NCBI GenBank assembly: GCA_030390025.1
Contig: CM059432.1
Coordinates: 136,154,001 to 136,218,000 of the forward strand
DNA from: Squalus acanthias
Lineage: Eukaryota
Direction: 5' to 3'
Length of the DNA stretch: 64,000 bases
Positions 49,621 to 62,198 of this stretch are shown in pieces. Numbering within the stretch: position 1 is the first letter of the stretch; each line of letters starts with the position of its first letter. The position numbers and the translations under genes are program-made. The notes under the pieces are model-generated. The model ran no database searches. It was not told the DNA's origin and was given only the letters and a program-made list of their open reading frames with translations.

Positions 49621-50517
49621 GTGCAATTAGAGAAGCAGTTAGAATAATCCACTTCGTGTATAGATAACTGCAAGTGATTGCGTCTGTAGGGGGCAAAAAG
49701 GAAAGGATTTAAGAAGGTTATTTCTCCAGTGCTCTAAACCAGTTTTCATCAGAATTTCAGAGTTGCAATTGAAATGTTATTTTGCGTAGTGATATTGCTT
49801 AATTACATTCAATTATTTTACCAGGAAGTATGTTGTGTTGAATGCCCAATGTTGAAAAGGTTCCCTTCTCACTGCAATGTGGGTTTTGTTTCAAAGTGTC
49901 TTATGTGCAATAACAGGGTAATCCTGGGGCCAATTGTGATGGCAGGATATATGTGCCAAACACACAGCTGAAGATTGAAGGGGGTTAAATGGATGCTAAC
50001 TGGGGAAAGGCCACATTGAAGGCCAAAATTGAAATGAAGGGAATGTGTACATGAAGACCTGAACTGAACAGACAGGAGAATGACTCCAGCGTTGACAGAA
50101 GGTCCATAGTGATGGAAGCCACCGAGGCTGAAAAGAGTAAATTAAATAGGAAGCAAAGTAAATTGGGAAATTGTAATGCCAAGTTTAGATTTTAAAAGCC
50201 TGAAGATTGTCGTTGGTCGAGGGGCGGGGTGGGGGCAGTGAGAGAGGGGGGCAGAGAGGGGGCAAGTAAAGTAAAGTTCAGGGGATGATTACAAGAAGGA
50301 ACTAGAGAAGGTGAAGGAGAAATAGTAGAAAGAAGAGAGTCTGAATCATCCCAGGACATCAGAACATTCTTGTAGTACTAGCAGTGTCTATGAAGGATGG
50401 TGATAATGGTCCTACCACAGCTGCTCCAAGATCCATCACCTATTTGCAAAAGATTCTGTCCCTCATCCCAGGACAGGAAAAAGGACAGTCCACTGTCTGT
50501 TCCAAATTGCTTGCCAT

Positions 50518-50825
50518 AACAACAACAACAACTTGTATTTATATAGTGCCTTTAAAATAGTAAAACATCCTAAGGCGCTTCACAGGAGTGTCATAAAACA
50601 AAATTTGACACCGAGCCACTTAAGGAGATATTAGGGCAGATAACCAAAAGCTTGGTCAAAGAGGTAGGCTTTAAGAAGCGTCTTAAAAGAGGAAAGAGAG
50701 GTAGAGAACTGAAGAGGTTTAGGCAGGGAATTCCAGAGCTTACGGACTTGGCAGCTGAAGGCACAGCCACCAATGGTGGAGCGATTAAAATTGGGGATAT
50801 GCAAGAGGCCAGAATTGGAGGAGTG
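50518..50825 (-). mobile_element. L2 3' fragment
   Basis: LWNSLP..FKTLLKAYLFDQAF, (TTG)n tail. Confidence 0.85.
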
Positions 50826-50927
50826 CTGATAACGCAGCCCCACAAAGAAATTCGTTGAGGTGGGGGCGTAAGGGAATGAAGCTCAGGCCTTTGCTGAGGA
50901 CTGATCGTTCAGAGTCAGAGAGGGGAA

Positions 50928-53110
50928 TATAACCCCACTATTTCAGAAAGGAGGGAGAGAAAAACAGGGAACTACAGACCAGTTAGCCTGACATCAGTAG
51001 TAGGGAAAATGCTAGAATCTATTATTAAGGACGTGGTAACAGGGCACTTAGAAAATAATAATAGGATTGGGCAGAGTCAACATGAAATTATAACATAAGA
51101 ACATAAGAAATAAGAGTAGGAGTAGGCCATACGGCCCTTCGAGCCTGCTCCGCCATTCAATAAGATCATGGCTGATCATCGACCTCAACTCCACTTTCCC
51201 ACCCGATCTCCATATGCCTTGATTCCCCTAGAGTCCAAAAATCTATCTATCTCAGCCTTGAATATACTCAAAGACTCAGCATTCACAGCCCTCTGGGGCA
51301 GAGAATTCCAAAGATTCACAACCCTCTGAGTGAAGAAATTCCTCCTCATCTCAGTCTTAAATGGCTTACCCCTTATCCTGAGACTATGCCCCCTAGTTCT
51401 AGACACTCCAGCCAGGGGAAACAACCTCTCAGCATCTACCTTGTCAATCCCCTTCAGAATCTTGTATGTTTCAATGAGATCACCTCTCATTCTTCTAAAC
51501 TCCAGAGAGTATAGGCCCATTCTACACAATCTCTCATCATAGGACAACCCTCTCATCCCAGGAATCAATCTAGTGAACCTTCGTTGCACCGCCTCCAAGG
51601 CAAGTATATCCTTCCTTGGATAAGGAGACCAAAACTGTGCACAGCACTCCAGGTGTGGTCTCACCAAGGCCCTGTACAATTGTAGCAAGACTTCCTTACT
51701 CTTATACTCCAACTCCCTTGCAATAAAGGCCAACATGCCATTTGCCTTCCTTATTGCTTGCTGTACCTGCATGCTAGCTTTCTGTGTTTCTTGCACGAGG
51801 ACACCTAAATCTTTCTGAAATTATGAAAGGGAAATCGTGTTTGACAAATCTGTTAGAGTTTTTTGAGGTTGTAACTAGCAGGATAGATAAGGGGAACCAG
51901 TGGATGTAGTGTATTTGGATTTTCAGAAGGCATTCGATAAGGTGCCACACAGAGGTTATTAAACAAAATTAGGGCTCATGGGATTGGGGGTAATATACTA
52001 GCATGGATTGAGGATTGGTTAACGGACAGAAAACAGCGAGTAGGAATAAACGGGTCATTTTCAGGTTGGCAGGCTGTAACTAATGGGGTACCGCAAGGAT
52101 CAGTGCTTGGGCCTCAGCTATTCACAATCTACATCAATGATTTGGATGAGGGGACCAAATGTAATATATCCAAGTTTGCTGATGATACAAAGCTGGGTGG
52201 GAATGTAAGTTCTGAGGAGGATGCAAGGAGGCTTCAAGGGGATATAGACAGGCTAACTGAGTGGGCAAGAACATGGCAAATGGAACATAATGTGGAGAAA
52301 TGTGAAGTTATCCACTTTGGTGGGAAAAATAGAAAAGCAGAGTATTTTTTAAATGGTGAGAGATTGGGATATGTTGGTGTTCAGAGGGACCTGGGTGTCC
52401 TTGTACACAAATCACTGAAAGTTAACATGCAGGTACAGCAAGCAATTAGGAAAGCAAATGGTATGTTGGCCTTTATTACAAGAGAATTTGAGTATAAGAG
52501 TAAAGAGGTCTTACTGCAATTATATAGGGTCCTGGTGAGACCACACCTGGAGTATTGTGTACAGTTTTGGTCTCCTTACCTAAGGAAGGATATACTTGCC
52601 ATAGAGGGAGTGCAACGAAGGTTCACCAGACTGGTTCCTGGGATGGGGGGATTGTCCTATGAGGAGAGATTAAGTAGACTAGGCCTATATTCTCTAGAGT
52701 TTAGAAGAATGAGAGGTGATCTCATTGAAACATACAAAGTTCTTACAGGGCTTGACAGGGTAGATGTAGGGAGGATGTTTCCCCTGGCTGGGGAGTCTTG
52801 AACCAGGGGTCACAGTCTCAGAATAAGGGGTCGACCATTTAGGACTGAGATGAGGAGAAAGTTCTTCACTCCGAGGGCTATGAATCTTTGGAATTCTCTA
52901 CCCCAGAGGGCTGTGGAGGGTCAGTCGTTGAGTATATTCAAGATAGAGATCGACAGATTTTTGAATATTAAGGGAATCAAGGGATATGGGGATAGTTCAG
53001 GAAAGTGGAGTTGAGGTAGAAGATCAGCCATGATCTTATTGAATGGCGGAGCAGGCTTGAAGGGCCAAATGGCCTACTCCTGCTCCTAATTCTTACGTTC
53101 TTATGTTCAT
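50928..53110 (+). mobile_element. CR1 LINE RT-to-tail fragment containing an inverted CR1
   Basis: NYRPVSLTSVVGK, YLDFQKAFDKVPH, FADDTKL (ORF 52103-52801), plus tail. Confidence 0.92.
51092..51815 (-). mobile_element. Young CR1 3' fragment nested in inverted orientation
   Basis: ORF 51185-51796. 9-bp TSD TGAAATTAT (51083-51091, 51816-51824). Confidence 0.92.
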
Positions 53111-53114
53111 ATGT

Positions 53115-53395
53115 TAGGGGGGATAGTGAAAACACGGCGGGGGGGGTGAGATTGGAAGAAGGTATGGGGTCAGAGGAAAGTGAAGAGGAAGAAGGTTCCG
53201 GAGGGGCATTGGTGTCCAAGAGTTGTTGAAGATTACGATCCTTGATACCTGAAAGGAAGAACAGAAGTTTTTTGTTAAAGCGAAGGATGAAATGGAACTG
53301 CGGACCAGGACAGCTTTGAGACAGAGTGAGTCGGTGCTGCTGAAGAGAGAGGTCGAGAGCGTGCATGTGGCGGCACATAGCGTTGAGTGTGGATG
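53115..53395 (-). mobile_element. Probable Penelope ORF N-terminal fragment
   Basis: STLNAMCRHMHALDLSLQQHRLTLSQSC..NKKL..KDRNLQQL, pyrimidine-rich on the coding strand like the family B element. Confidence 0.55.
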
Positions 53396-53992
53396 TAAGT
53401 CTATAAATGCAAGTCTTTCTTTTATATAACTGCACAGGAAGGCAACTTGTGACTCCTATGGGCGAGACTAACTCTTCCGTTTTTAGTTGTACGGGCACAA
53501 AGATTTATATGTGACATGGCCCATTGCAGAGTGAAATAATTCATTTTACCCTCATTTGCCTTTCATGAATCATGGACCTTATTAATACCTTTGCCCCTAA
53601 TTATCTTCCCTTAATCTGCAGGACTATGGGGAAGAGCAGGGGAGTGGCGCTAATTGGATAGTTCTTCAAAGAGCCTGCACATACATGATGGGCTGAATGG
53701 CCTCCTTCTGTGCTGTCTGATTCTCTGATTTCTCTACTGAAGCACTAACGCGTGCTGGTTACAATTTCATTGGCACAAGCAGCCCTCCAGTACCTTACTC
53801 AAGTAACCATTCTTGAGATGGCCGACAGCTGCTACTATTGAAGTGCTCTCTGTGCCACATTTCCATGGGAGTGACCTGTCAATCATATTTACAGTGCTGG
53901 CCTTTTAACAGAAATTTGATCAGATTCTGTCTCTTTTTAAATCAACATTTACTTTAACAAAATGGAGCTGATCCTATCAGAGATCTGAGAGG

Positions 53993-54450
53993 TGTCAGCC
54001 GTGGCTCAGTGGGTAGCTCTCTCGCCTCTGAGTCATGAAGGTTGTGGGTTCAAGTCCCCACTCCAGGAACTTGAGCACAAAAATCTAGGCTGACACTCCA
54101 GGGGAGTGCTGCACTGTCGGAGGTGCTGTCTTTCGGATGAGACATTAAGCTGAGGCTCCGTCTGCTCTCCCAGGTGGACGTAAAAGATCCCACGGCACTA
54201 TTTCGAAGACGAGCAGGGGTGTTATCCCCGGTGTCCTGGCCAATATTTATCCCTCAATCAACATCACAAAAACAACAGATGATCTGGTCATTATCACATT
54301 GCTGTTTGTGGGACCTTGTTGTGCACAAATTAACTGCGTGCTTTCCCTACATTACAACAGTGACTACACTTCAAAAGTACTTAATTGGCTGTAAAACGCT
54401 TTGGGACGTCCAGTGGTTGTGAAAGGCGCTAAAAAAATGCTTTCTTTCCA
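53993..54450 (+). mobile_element. DeuSINE (SacSINE1-like), full length
   Basis: A box TGGCTCAGTGGG, B box GGTTCAAGTCC, Deu core GGTGGACGTAAAAGATCCCACGGCACTATTTCGAAGA, L2-like tail. Confidence 0.88.
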
Positions 54451-54604
54451 GGTTACTGAGCCTTTGATTCGAAAGGCTTTGTTAGTCAGATGCAGAGATA
54501 GTGAGGGGGAGTTTTAATTCTCCCCGATCGGTGGGGAAGGAGCGAGGGAGCGGTTAAAATGGAACAGCTTAATTTCTCGCTTTGTTGCTACCGATACCCA
54601 TTTG

Positions 54605-54810
54605 GCTCCCACAGGGAGTGGTTGTGGTGAATAGCATAGATGTATTTAAAGGGAAGCTAGATAAACGCATGAGGGAGAAAGGAATAGTAGATTATGCTGA
54701 TAGGGTTGGATGTAGAGGGTTTGGGAGGAGGCTCGTGTGGAGCATAACCACCAGCATAGACCAGTTAGGCCGAATGGTCTGTTTCTGTGCCGTACATTCT
54801 ATGTATATCA
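54605..54810 (+). mobile_element. CR1 3' fragment
   Basis: Matches 43200-43390. Confidence 0.75.
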
Positions 54811-55203
54811 CCTTGGCCTGCGAGGGAAGAAATGAACTGGAATTCCCGCTCCTGAGTATTATTCAATTGCCCTTTTGAAAAGTGCATTTATTTGGTTGTC
54901 AAGTGTGGAGAAGATGGGGCCAGGCCAAAATGGCTTTCCCTGGTTCAACTTACTGTCCGGTCTCATGCATGCAAAAAGCTCACTTAGGTGACATATAAAA
55001 GGGCTACCAGGACCCCAGTACAAGATTGGGGGAGGATGGACTTTCTTAAACAATGGTAACAGAAAACAATAATAAAGAACAGATTCTCATATCTTCTAAC
55101 CATAAATGCAATTATTTGCCTTATAGTGGGGAAGTCTCTCAGCCCAAAAATTAGAAAAGTAAAATCTACAGAAAGCCAATCTTCAGCTTCACAATCATTT
55201 AAT

Positions 55204-55610
55204 TCATAGAATCATGGAATAGTACAGCACAGAAGGAGGCCATTCGGCCCATCGAGTCTGCGCTGGCTCTTTCGAAGAGCAATCCAGTTAGTCCCACTCC
55301 CCCGCTCTTTCCCCATGTCCCTGCAATTTTTTCTCTTCAAGTATTTATCCAATTCCCTTTTGAAGGCTACTATTGAATCTGTATCCACCACCCTATCCGG
55401 CAGTGCATTCCAAATCCTAAACACTCGTTGTATAAAAAGGTTTTCCTCAAGTGACCTCTGGATCTTTTGCCAATCACCTTAAATCTGTGCCCTCTCAATA
55501 TCGACCCTTCAGCATTGGAAACAGTTTCTCTTTATTTACTCGATCTAAACCCTTCATGATTTTAAACACCTCTATCAAATCTTCTCTTAGCCTTCTCTGC
55601 TCTAAGGAGA
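55204..55610 (-). mobile_element. CR1 3' fragment
   Basis: RIWNALPDRVV..FKRELDKYL. Matches 25750-26140. Confidence 0.85.
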
Positions 55611-56477
55611 AAAAAAATTGCTGCCGTATTTTTCTACTTTAGGATTTTGCTGAATTGGAAGCAAATGGGTCCGAAGTTTGGTGAAGAGACATTAACATCA
55701 ACCATTCTAAAGGTAAATCTCTAATTACACTGTGCCTTCTTAATTGCAGTATAGTGTAAACCTTTCCAGTCAAACAAGTTGAATTACATCACTGCAGCTG
55801 GGCCTTGTTATGAAGTTTGCTGTCTAAATAAGATACTGGAAATGACTCTGCTATACAAGCAAAAGACACAAAATGATCTGGATAATTACAGAGCTATTCT
55901 ATCGTGTCCACGTTGTCTAAGATTTACACCTGCACACTCTATAATTAGTTCCAAAAATGGGCAGATCTCATGGACATTTGTCGGTGCTCCTTGAATGGGA
56001 CTAACTAGTGTTTTATACTGTCTGGGTAACTTCAGATTTTTGCGCTTGATCAGTAGAAGTATGGTGCTCTCTGTAAGGTAAAAGTGTGCAAGCAGAACCC
56101 AATCTTATCTTTCAAAATGCTGTCTCCAAAATTCCAAACTGTATCGGTTTACATTTCTGATCCATAGTAAGAGCTGGAGAGATAGAAATGTGTTCATGTT
56201 ACCTTGCCCAGCCTCTTTTGATGGGATTGATTTTTGCTCTTACTAAAAGAATGCTTTTGATGGAGAAATGACTATAGTTATTGGCACCTTTTCACTGTAA
56301 AACTCAGAGCTTTTATTTAAAAAGCACTTCTGGTTTTAAATCAAAAACTTACATCCTTTTCAGAAATTAGCTTATAGAGTTTTTCAGCCATCTATAACTA
56401 AAATTGCAATTTAAAAAAAATCAGACTTTCACAATTTAAAAGCTTATAGCAAAATATGAAAATGAAGCAGTTATGTG

Positions 56478-56735
56478 AAAGATCCATGGAACTATTTTGA
56501 AGAAGAGCAGGGGAGTTATCCCCAGTGTCCTGGACAATATTTATCCCTCAACCAACATCACTAAAACAGATCATCTGGTCATTGCTGTTTGTGGGAGCTT
56601 GCTGTGCGCAAATTGGCTGCCACGTTTCCTACATTACAACAGTGACTACACTTCAAAAGCACTTCATTGGCTGTAAAGCGCTTTGGGATGTCCTGAGGTC
56701 GTGAAAGGCGCTACATAAATGCAAGTCTTTCATTC
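56478..56735 (+). mobile_element. DeuSINE 3' half
   Basis: Homology to 54180-54440. Confidence 0.8.
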
Positions 56736-56834
56736 TTTCATTTTTTCTTTCACTCTCTACCTCTTTCTTTCTTTCCTTCACCATTTATTTGACGGCAATG
56801 GGTGTTTGCTTCTCAAAGCAATTTTCAATCATTC

Positions 56835-56925
56835 TAGTCATTGACTTGAAACGTTAACTCTGTTTCTCTCTCCACAGATGCTGTCTGACCTGCTGAGTAT
56901 TTCCAGCATTTTCTGTTTTTATTTC
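56835..56925 (+). mobile_element. Penelope family B terminal fragment
   Basis: GAAACGTTAACTCTGTTTCTCTCTCCACAGATGCTG matches 49113-49190. Confidence 0.8.
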
Positions 56926-57267
56926 AATCATTCTGGTATGGGTTTAGATGGCAGTGGGATTTCTCTGCAGGGATGATATTTCTAATGGCTGAGACGGGTG
57001 ATTCCAATTCCTGTTGCACTCTGAAGGTGGGCTTCTCTGTTTGTCTGTCTTTCTCTCTATCCTCTTTCATCCCATGGTTAGAATGGAGCTATTGTCATCC
57101 ATATAATTCATGCCACCTCTGTGTGACCAACACCACATGACTACAATGAAATACCCTGTGACAGAGCAACAGAAGTGAGTTCAAGATTAAATCTAAAGTT
57201 CCCTCAAATTTTTGTTTTAAACATATATTTAATTTACCGATGTACACGCTTCCTAGATTACAAAAAA

Positions 57268-57662
57268 GAAAGACTTGCATTTATAGAGTGCCTTTCACGA
57301 GATCAGGACGTCCCAAAGCGCTTTACAGCCAATTAAGTACTTTTTTGAAGATAGTCACTGTTGTAACGTAGGGAACGCGGCAGCCAATTTACGCACAGCA
57401 AGCACCCCAAAAACAGCAATGTGATAGTGACCAGGTAACCTGTTTTGGTGATGTTGATTGAGGGATAAATATTGGCCAGGACACCGGGGAGAACTCCCCT
57501 GCGCTTCTTCGAAATAGTGCCGTGGAATCTTTTACGTCCACCTGAGAGGCCAGACGGGGCCTCGGTTTGACGTCTCATCTGAAACAACAGTGACTACACT
57601 TCAAAAGCGCTTTGGGATGTCCTGAGGTCGTGAAAGGCGCTACATAAATGCAGCTCTTTCTT
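57268..57662. mobile_element. DeuSINE (minus, 57268-57584) abutting an inverted DeuSINE 3' end (plus, 57584-57662)
   Basis: Both arms match the SINE consensus in opposite orientations. Confidence 0.8.
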
Positions 57663-59447
57663 TTTCCACAGGCCATAGGTATGAAATGAATACACTGAGG
57701 TGATGTGGGAGCTGTTCACAATGGAGGGATTGCACATGATTAACACACTCGTTAAACCCATCACTCCTGTTATTTTGGCTCAAATTCACCATTGTTGAAA
57801 TGCCGCTCCAATAAGATTTCTGGCACGTTGCTAATACGTTCAACTCCCCTAATGAGCGTAAACGTTTTTTTTTTGTTTTGGGAAGGTGGGTGAAGGGGTT
57901 AGAAATATTGAAGCAACAGTTTTGTTAGTTTTAGTGCCTCTCATTGTATCTGTCGGTTCTCCCCTTTCTGTATTGCAAGTGCCCTGATCACAGAGCTGGC
58001 AGTGACGGAATGCCTAGCTGGCACGCTCGCAAAGTGCAGCCAGCGCTGGCATAATCCACTAATGGCTTCTTTTCATTACAGCCCCTCAGTGAGAGACTCA
58101 GTGGCAGATTGTGGACTCAATTACTCTCATGTCAGGTGATTATCCTGGGTCTTAATGTAATCTTCCATTCACACATACCATATTTCAATTACGGCTGCTA
58201 TGAAACATGCTGTGTATTCAAATCACCAATCACCTTATCAGTACTGAACAATGTCAACTGTAAAAAACACCAGCTGAAGGCAATTACACATGTGTTGAGA
58301 ACCGATTATGATTACTCTCTGCGGTATTTTGTGATGAGCTGGGGAATGTTCTGAAAATTTAATTTAATGACAATATGCTTGCTGTATAATCCATAACACC
58401 TCCCGAATTCAGCGTGGGGCTATTAATACTGATAGGAGCATATTATCACTGAACTGAAAAGCTGGGTTTAGATGGTAGCTGGATTTCTCTGCAGGGAGTG
58501 ATATTTCTAATGGCAGAGGCAGGCGGCCCCAGTTCCTGCTGCACTCTGAAGGTGGTCTTCCTCTGTCTTGTCTGTCTTTCTCTCTATCCTCTCTCATTCT
58601 CTTTCCTGCCATGTCTCTCTTTATCATGTGAAAACGCCTGTAGCCAGCTGTGCGTCAGACAAATTAAAAGGAAAAATGAAGTACGGGTTTGGGGGAAAGG
58701 GAGAAAGCAATGATGGCTATTTAAGAACAAAAATCAATAGTGGCATAAAATAGATTTAGTGCTTGTCATAAAATATATGTAAGTGCTAGAAAATGGAGAA
58801 AATTGAGTCTTGTTTTAATCTGCACAAAAGCCACACTGTACTGATGAAGTAATCTTAGAAGGAACCAATATATAATCTAAAGACAGACACTTAATTGTCA
58901 CATTAAAGACTCTTTTTATGGCCTACTGCACTATAGGGGTAACGTTCATTAATCATCCAGATAAGAGGAATTGAAATCAAATCACAATTAAAATCTGTTC
59001 GATATTGTCTGTTATATGTTTTGCAAGCATTAATTTTTCTCCATTGATTTTTTTTTGCTCACATGAGCACTAGAATATATGGAGACATTCAGAATTTTTA
59101 CCAAGTTAATGTTGTGGAACCATTTCACTTAGGTAGGCTAAACTTTTATGCAGTGGCATCATTTTTCTATCGGTTTCTTTGGATTGAGATGTACCTTAAG
59201 TTCTCCCTGAGCAAAACTGGACTCTTAGTTATCGGCTTGTTTTCGAAGCGAGGCTGTAAATGTGTAAAGGTCTCATTAGTACCGCAGCTCCTAATAGCTA
59301 TCTATATAGCAGTCTCGAGTACCGTGGAACGTTTGTCCATGTTAATGGCATTATTTAAATGCAAGTTGTTGTATATGTGTGTGTCTGTGCCTACCTCCAT
59401 ATATGTGTATATATGATGTGTGCACCAATGTTACATTACCTATTATA

Positions 59448-59886
59448 TTGTATTCCCTTGAGTACAGAAGATTAAGAGGTGATCTAATTGAGGTGCTTAA
59501 GATGATTCAAGTATTTGTTAGGGTAGATAGAGAGAAACTATTTCCCCTGGTTGGTGGGGGGTGGGGGGGGGGGGGGGGGGGGGGGGAGGAGTCCAGAAAC
59601 GGGGAATATTAGAGCTCGGCCATTCAGGGGTGATGTCAGGAAGCATTTCTTCACACAAGGGGGTAGTGGAAATCTGGAACTCTCTCCCCCCAAAAATTGT
59701 TGAGGCTGGGGGTCAATTGAAAATTTCAAAACTGAGATTGATAGATTTTTGTTGGGCAAGGGTATTGAGGGTTACAGGAACCAAGGCGGGTAGATGGAGT
59801 TAAGATACAGATCAGCCATGATTTAATTGAATGGCGGAACAGGCTCGAGGGACTGAATGGGCTACTCCTGTTCCTATGTTCCTATA
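59448..59886 (+). mobile_element. CR1 3' fragment with an expanded poly-G run (~59556-59587)
   Basis: Matches 35228-35640. The G run replaces the short GGGGG of the FPLVG codons. Confidence 0.85.
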
Positions 59887-59924
59887 TGGTTAGAATTTGG
59901 CACAATGATAGCCTTATTGCCAGA

Positions 59925-60085
59925 ATCAACCCTCCCTAACAGCACTGTGGGACCACCTTCACCACACGGACTGAAGTGGTTCAAGAAGGCGGCTCACCAC
60001 CACCTTCTCAAGGGCAATTAGGGATGGGCAATAAATGCTGGCCTTGCCAGCGACGCCCACATCCCATGAACGAATGAAAAAAAAT
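59925..60085 (+). mobile_element. LINE 3' tail fragment (family of 12385-13330)
   Basis: Direct homology to 36070-36232. Confidence 0.8.
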
Positions 60086-60126
60086 GGGATCTCGGCCAGC
60101 TCTGATGTTGGAAGCACACAGATGGA

Positions 60127-60374
60127 TAAGGTTGTCAGCTCTGGTTGGACATATTCCTGGATCTTTCATCATATGACCTCCTGCCTCCAACCACCCCGCC
60201 CAGCCAAACAGCCTTTATTTCGCATCTCCAATGTTTTTACAGCTAAATGTTCAAAGAAAATGAAAAAAACTCACAATTCTTTTATTGCCCCTATGATTTT
60301 CCTCCTGGGTTTTTGCTCGCAGCAGTGTCCAGGAGATTAATCTTCCATTCCTGGTGGACAGGTTGGAAACCCTA
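60127..60374. mobile_element. hAT-type MITE, copy 3
   Basis: TAAGGTTGTCAGC..GTTGGAAACCCTA. TSD CAGATGGA/CAAATGCG (decayed). Confidence 0.7.
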
Positions 60375-60414
60375 CAAATGCGTTGGTGTGGATCAAGTTC
60401 AAGCAGACAGCGGC

Positions 60415-60680
60415 GTGTATGGATGTGTGTGTCTGCGTGTGTGTCTGTGTGTGTGTCTGTGTGTGTGCACACGTATCTGCGTGTGTGTGCGCATGTGTCT
60501 GCGTGTGTGTACACTTGTGCGCTTGTGCGCATGTGTGTGTCTGCTTGTGTGCGCATGTGTGTGTCTGCCTGTGTGCGCATGTATGTTTCTGCGTATGTGT
60601 CTGCTTGTGTGCGCATGTGTGTGTCTGCGTATGTGTCTGTGTATGTGTCTGCTTGTGTGCGCATGTGTGTGTCTGCGCGT

Positions 60681-60716
<36 letters not shown>

Positions 60717-60722
60717 ACGCGT
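60415..60722. repeat. Compound (GT)n microsatellite with a ~24-bp higher-order unit
   Basis: TGTGTGTCTGCTTGTGTGCGCATG-like units followed by pure (GT)n. Confidence 0.95.
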
Positions 60723-60959
60723 TCAGTGCATGCAGGCTGCATAATTAAAGACGCCGTCTCATCATCAGGGCTCCATTTCAAGGGCTGTATAGATGCCTGC
60801 TTGAGTCAAATGCCTTTCAGTGGACCACTCATCAGCTGGTTTGAATCCTGCAACTCAGCAATTATCCTTCCCCCACCCCCCTCCAAATTGTTCCAATAAC
60901 TCTGGTCTGGCGGGGTGGGGTGGAGAGGGAGGGAGGGAGGTGGGATCCAACACTGACTG

Positions 60960-61392
60960 CTTGCTGACCAACACTGGCTCCCGGTCTGGCAACGCCTCAA
61001 TTTAAAAATTCTCAGCCTTGTTTTCAAATCCCTCCATGGCCTCACCTCTTCCAATCTCTGTAACCTCCTTCAGCCCCACAACCCTCCGAGATATCTGCGC
61101 TACTCGAATTCTGGCCTCTTGTGCATCTCCGATTTGAATTGCTCCATCATTGGCGGCCGTGCCTTCAGCTGCCTGGGCCCGAAGCTCTGGAATTCCCTCC
61201 TTAAACCTCTCCGCCTCTCTACCTCTCTCTCCTCCCTTAAGATGCTCCTTAAAACCTACCTTTTTGACCATCTGTTCTAATAGCTCCTTATGTGACTCGG
61301 TATCAAATTTTCTTTGTTAACGCTCCTTTGAAGCGTGTTGGGACGTTTCAGTATGATAAAGGCACTATATAAATACAAGTTGTTGTTGTTGA
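60960..61392 (+). mobile_element. L2 3' fragment
   Basis: Matches 30243-30680, (TTG)n tail. Confidence 0.88.
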
Positions 61393-62198
61393 CTAGGGGA
61401 CGGAGATGACATGATGTCAAGGGCGACCAGCATGGCTACAATTTAATAGAGGTGGAGAAGGAATATTATCCACTACAGGGTATTAGATAGAGCTTGTTTG
61501 GCTCTTGTATCTATACCTCTGCAGCTAAATCATTACATACCTTATATTATATATGTAATATGGCTTGTACCTACTGTTCTTTTTTTAATAAAAGTAACTA
61601 GATTAAATGAGAGTTAAAAAATAAAACACCGCAAAAAATTATGATGAATTGTGATATCCATTTGTTTCATTTATTTGCATTATCATTATTGTTAATTATT
61701 TGTCGATTTAAAAAAATATAAACTGTGACTGCACCATCAATGATGAGGAGGAGGGAAATGGACTGGGAGGAGTTACTAAGCCCCGACAGTGTGAGAGAAC
61801 TGAGCAACATCATCAGAGATACAATCATTAAAACCTTAGGGGGGAAAAATTAGGTCGCGCCCCATTTGGGGCGCAAATATCGTCTGGACGCAAATATTAG
61901 CGCCTGGCGCTAATTATCGCCACTGACTGGAAACTTCACTTTTACCGCCCCGGGAGGTGAGTGGAGCGCTAAATCAGGCGCTGCACACCTCTCTTAAGGC
62001 GCAAAGGCCGAGCAGTGAGGCGCTAACTCAGAGCGCGAGCGCAGCGCAGCTGCTGCCAGTTAGCGAGGGAACACAGACACACTGGCGCCGGCCACTTCTT
62101 AAAGCGGGGGGGGCCAACTTGCTCCCCAGCCACACCCTGCTCATTGCAGCCTTGAATCTCGGCCTGGAGAGACCTGTGAATACATTTTGCTGCCAAGG

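Noticed and set aside
59556..59587. Poly-G tract as a functional element
   Set aside because: It is an expansion of a short G run within a CR1 fragment and may be a sequencing artefact.
60247..60899. Cys/Val- and His/Thr-rich ORFs
   Set aside because: Translations of a (GT)n compound microsatellite.
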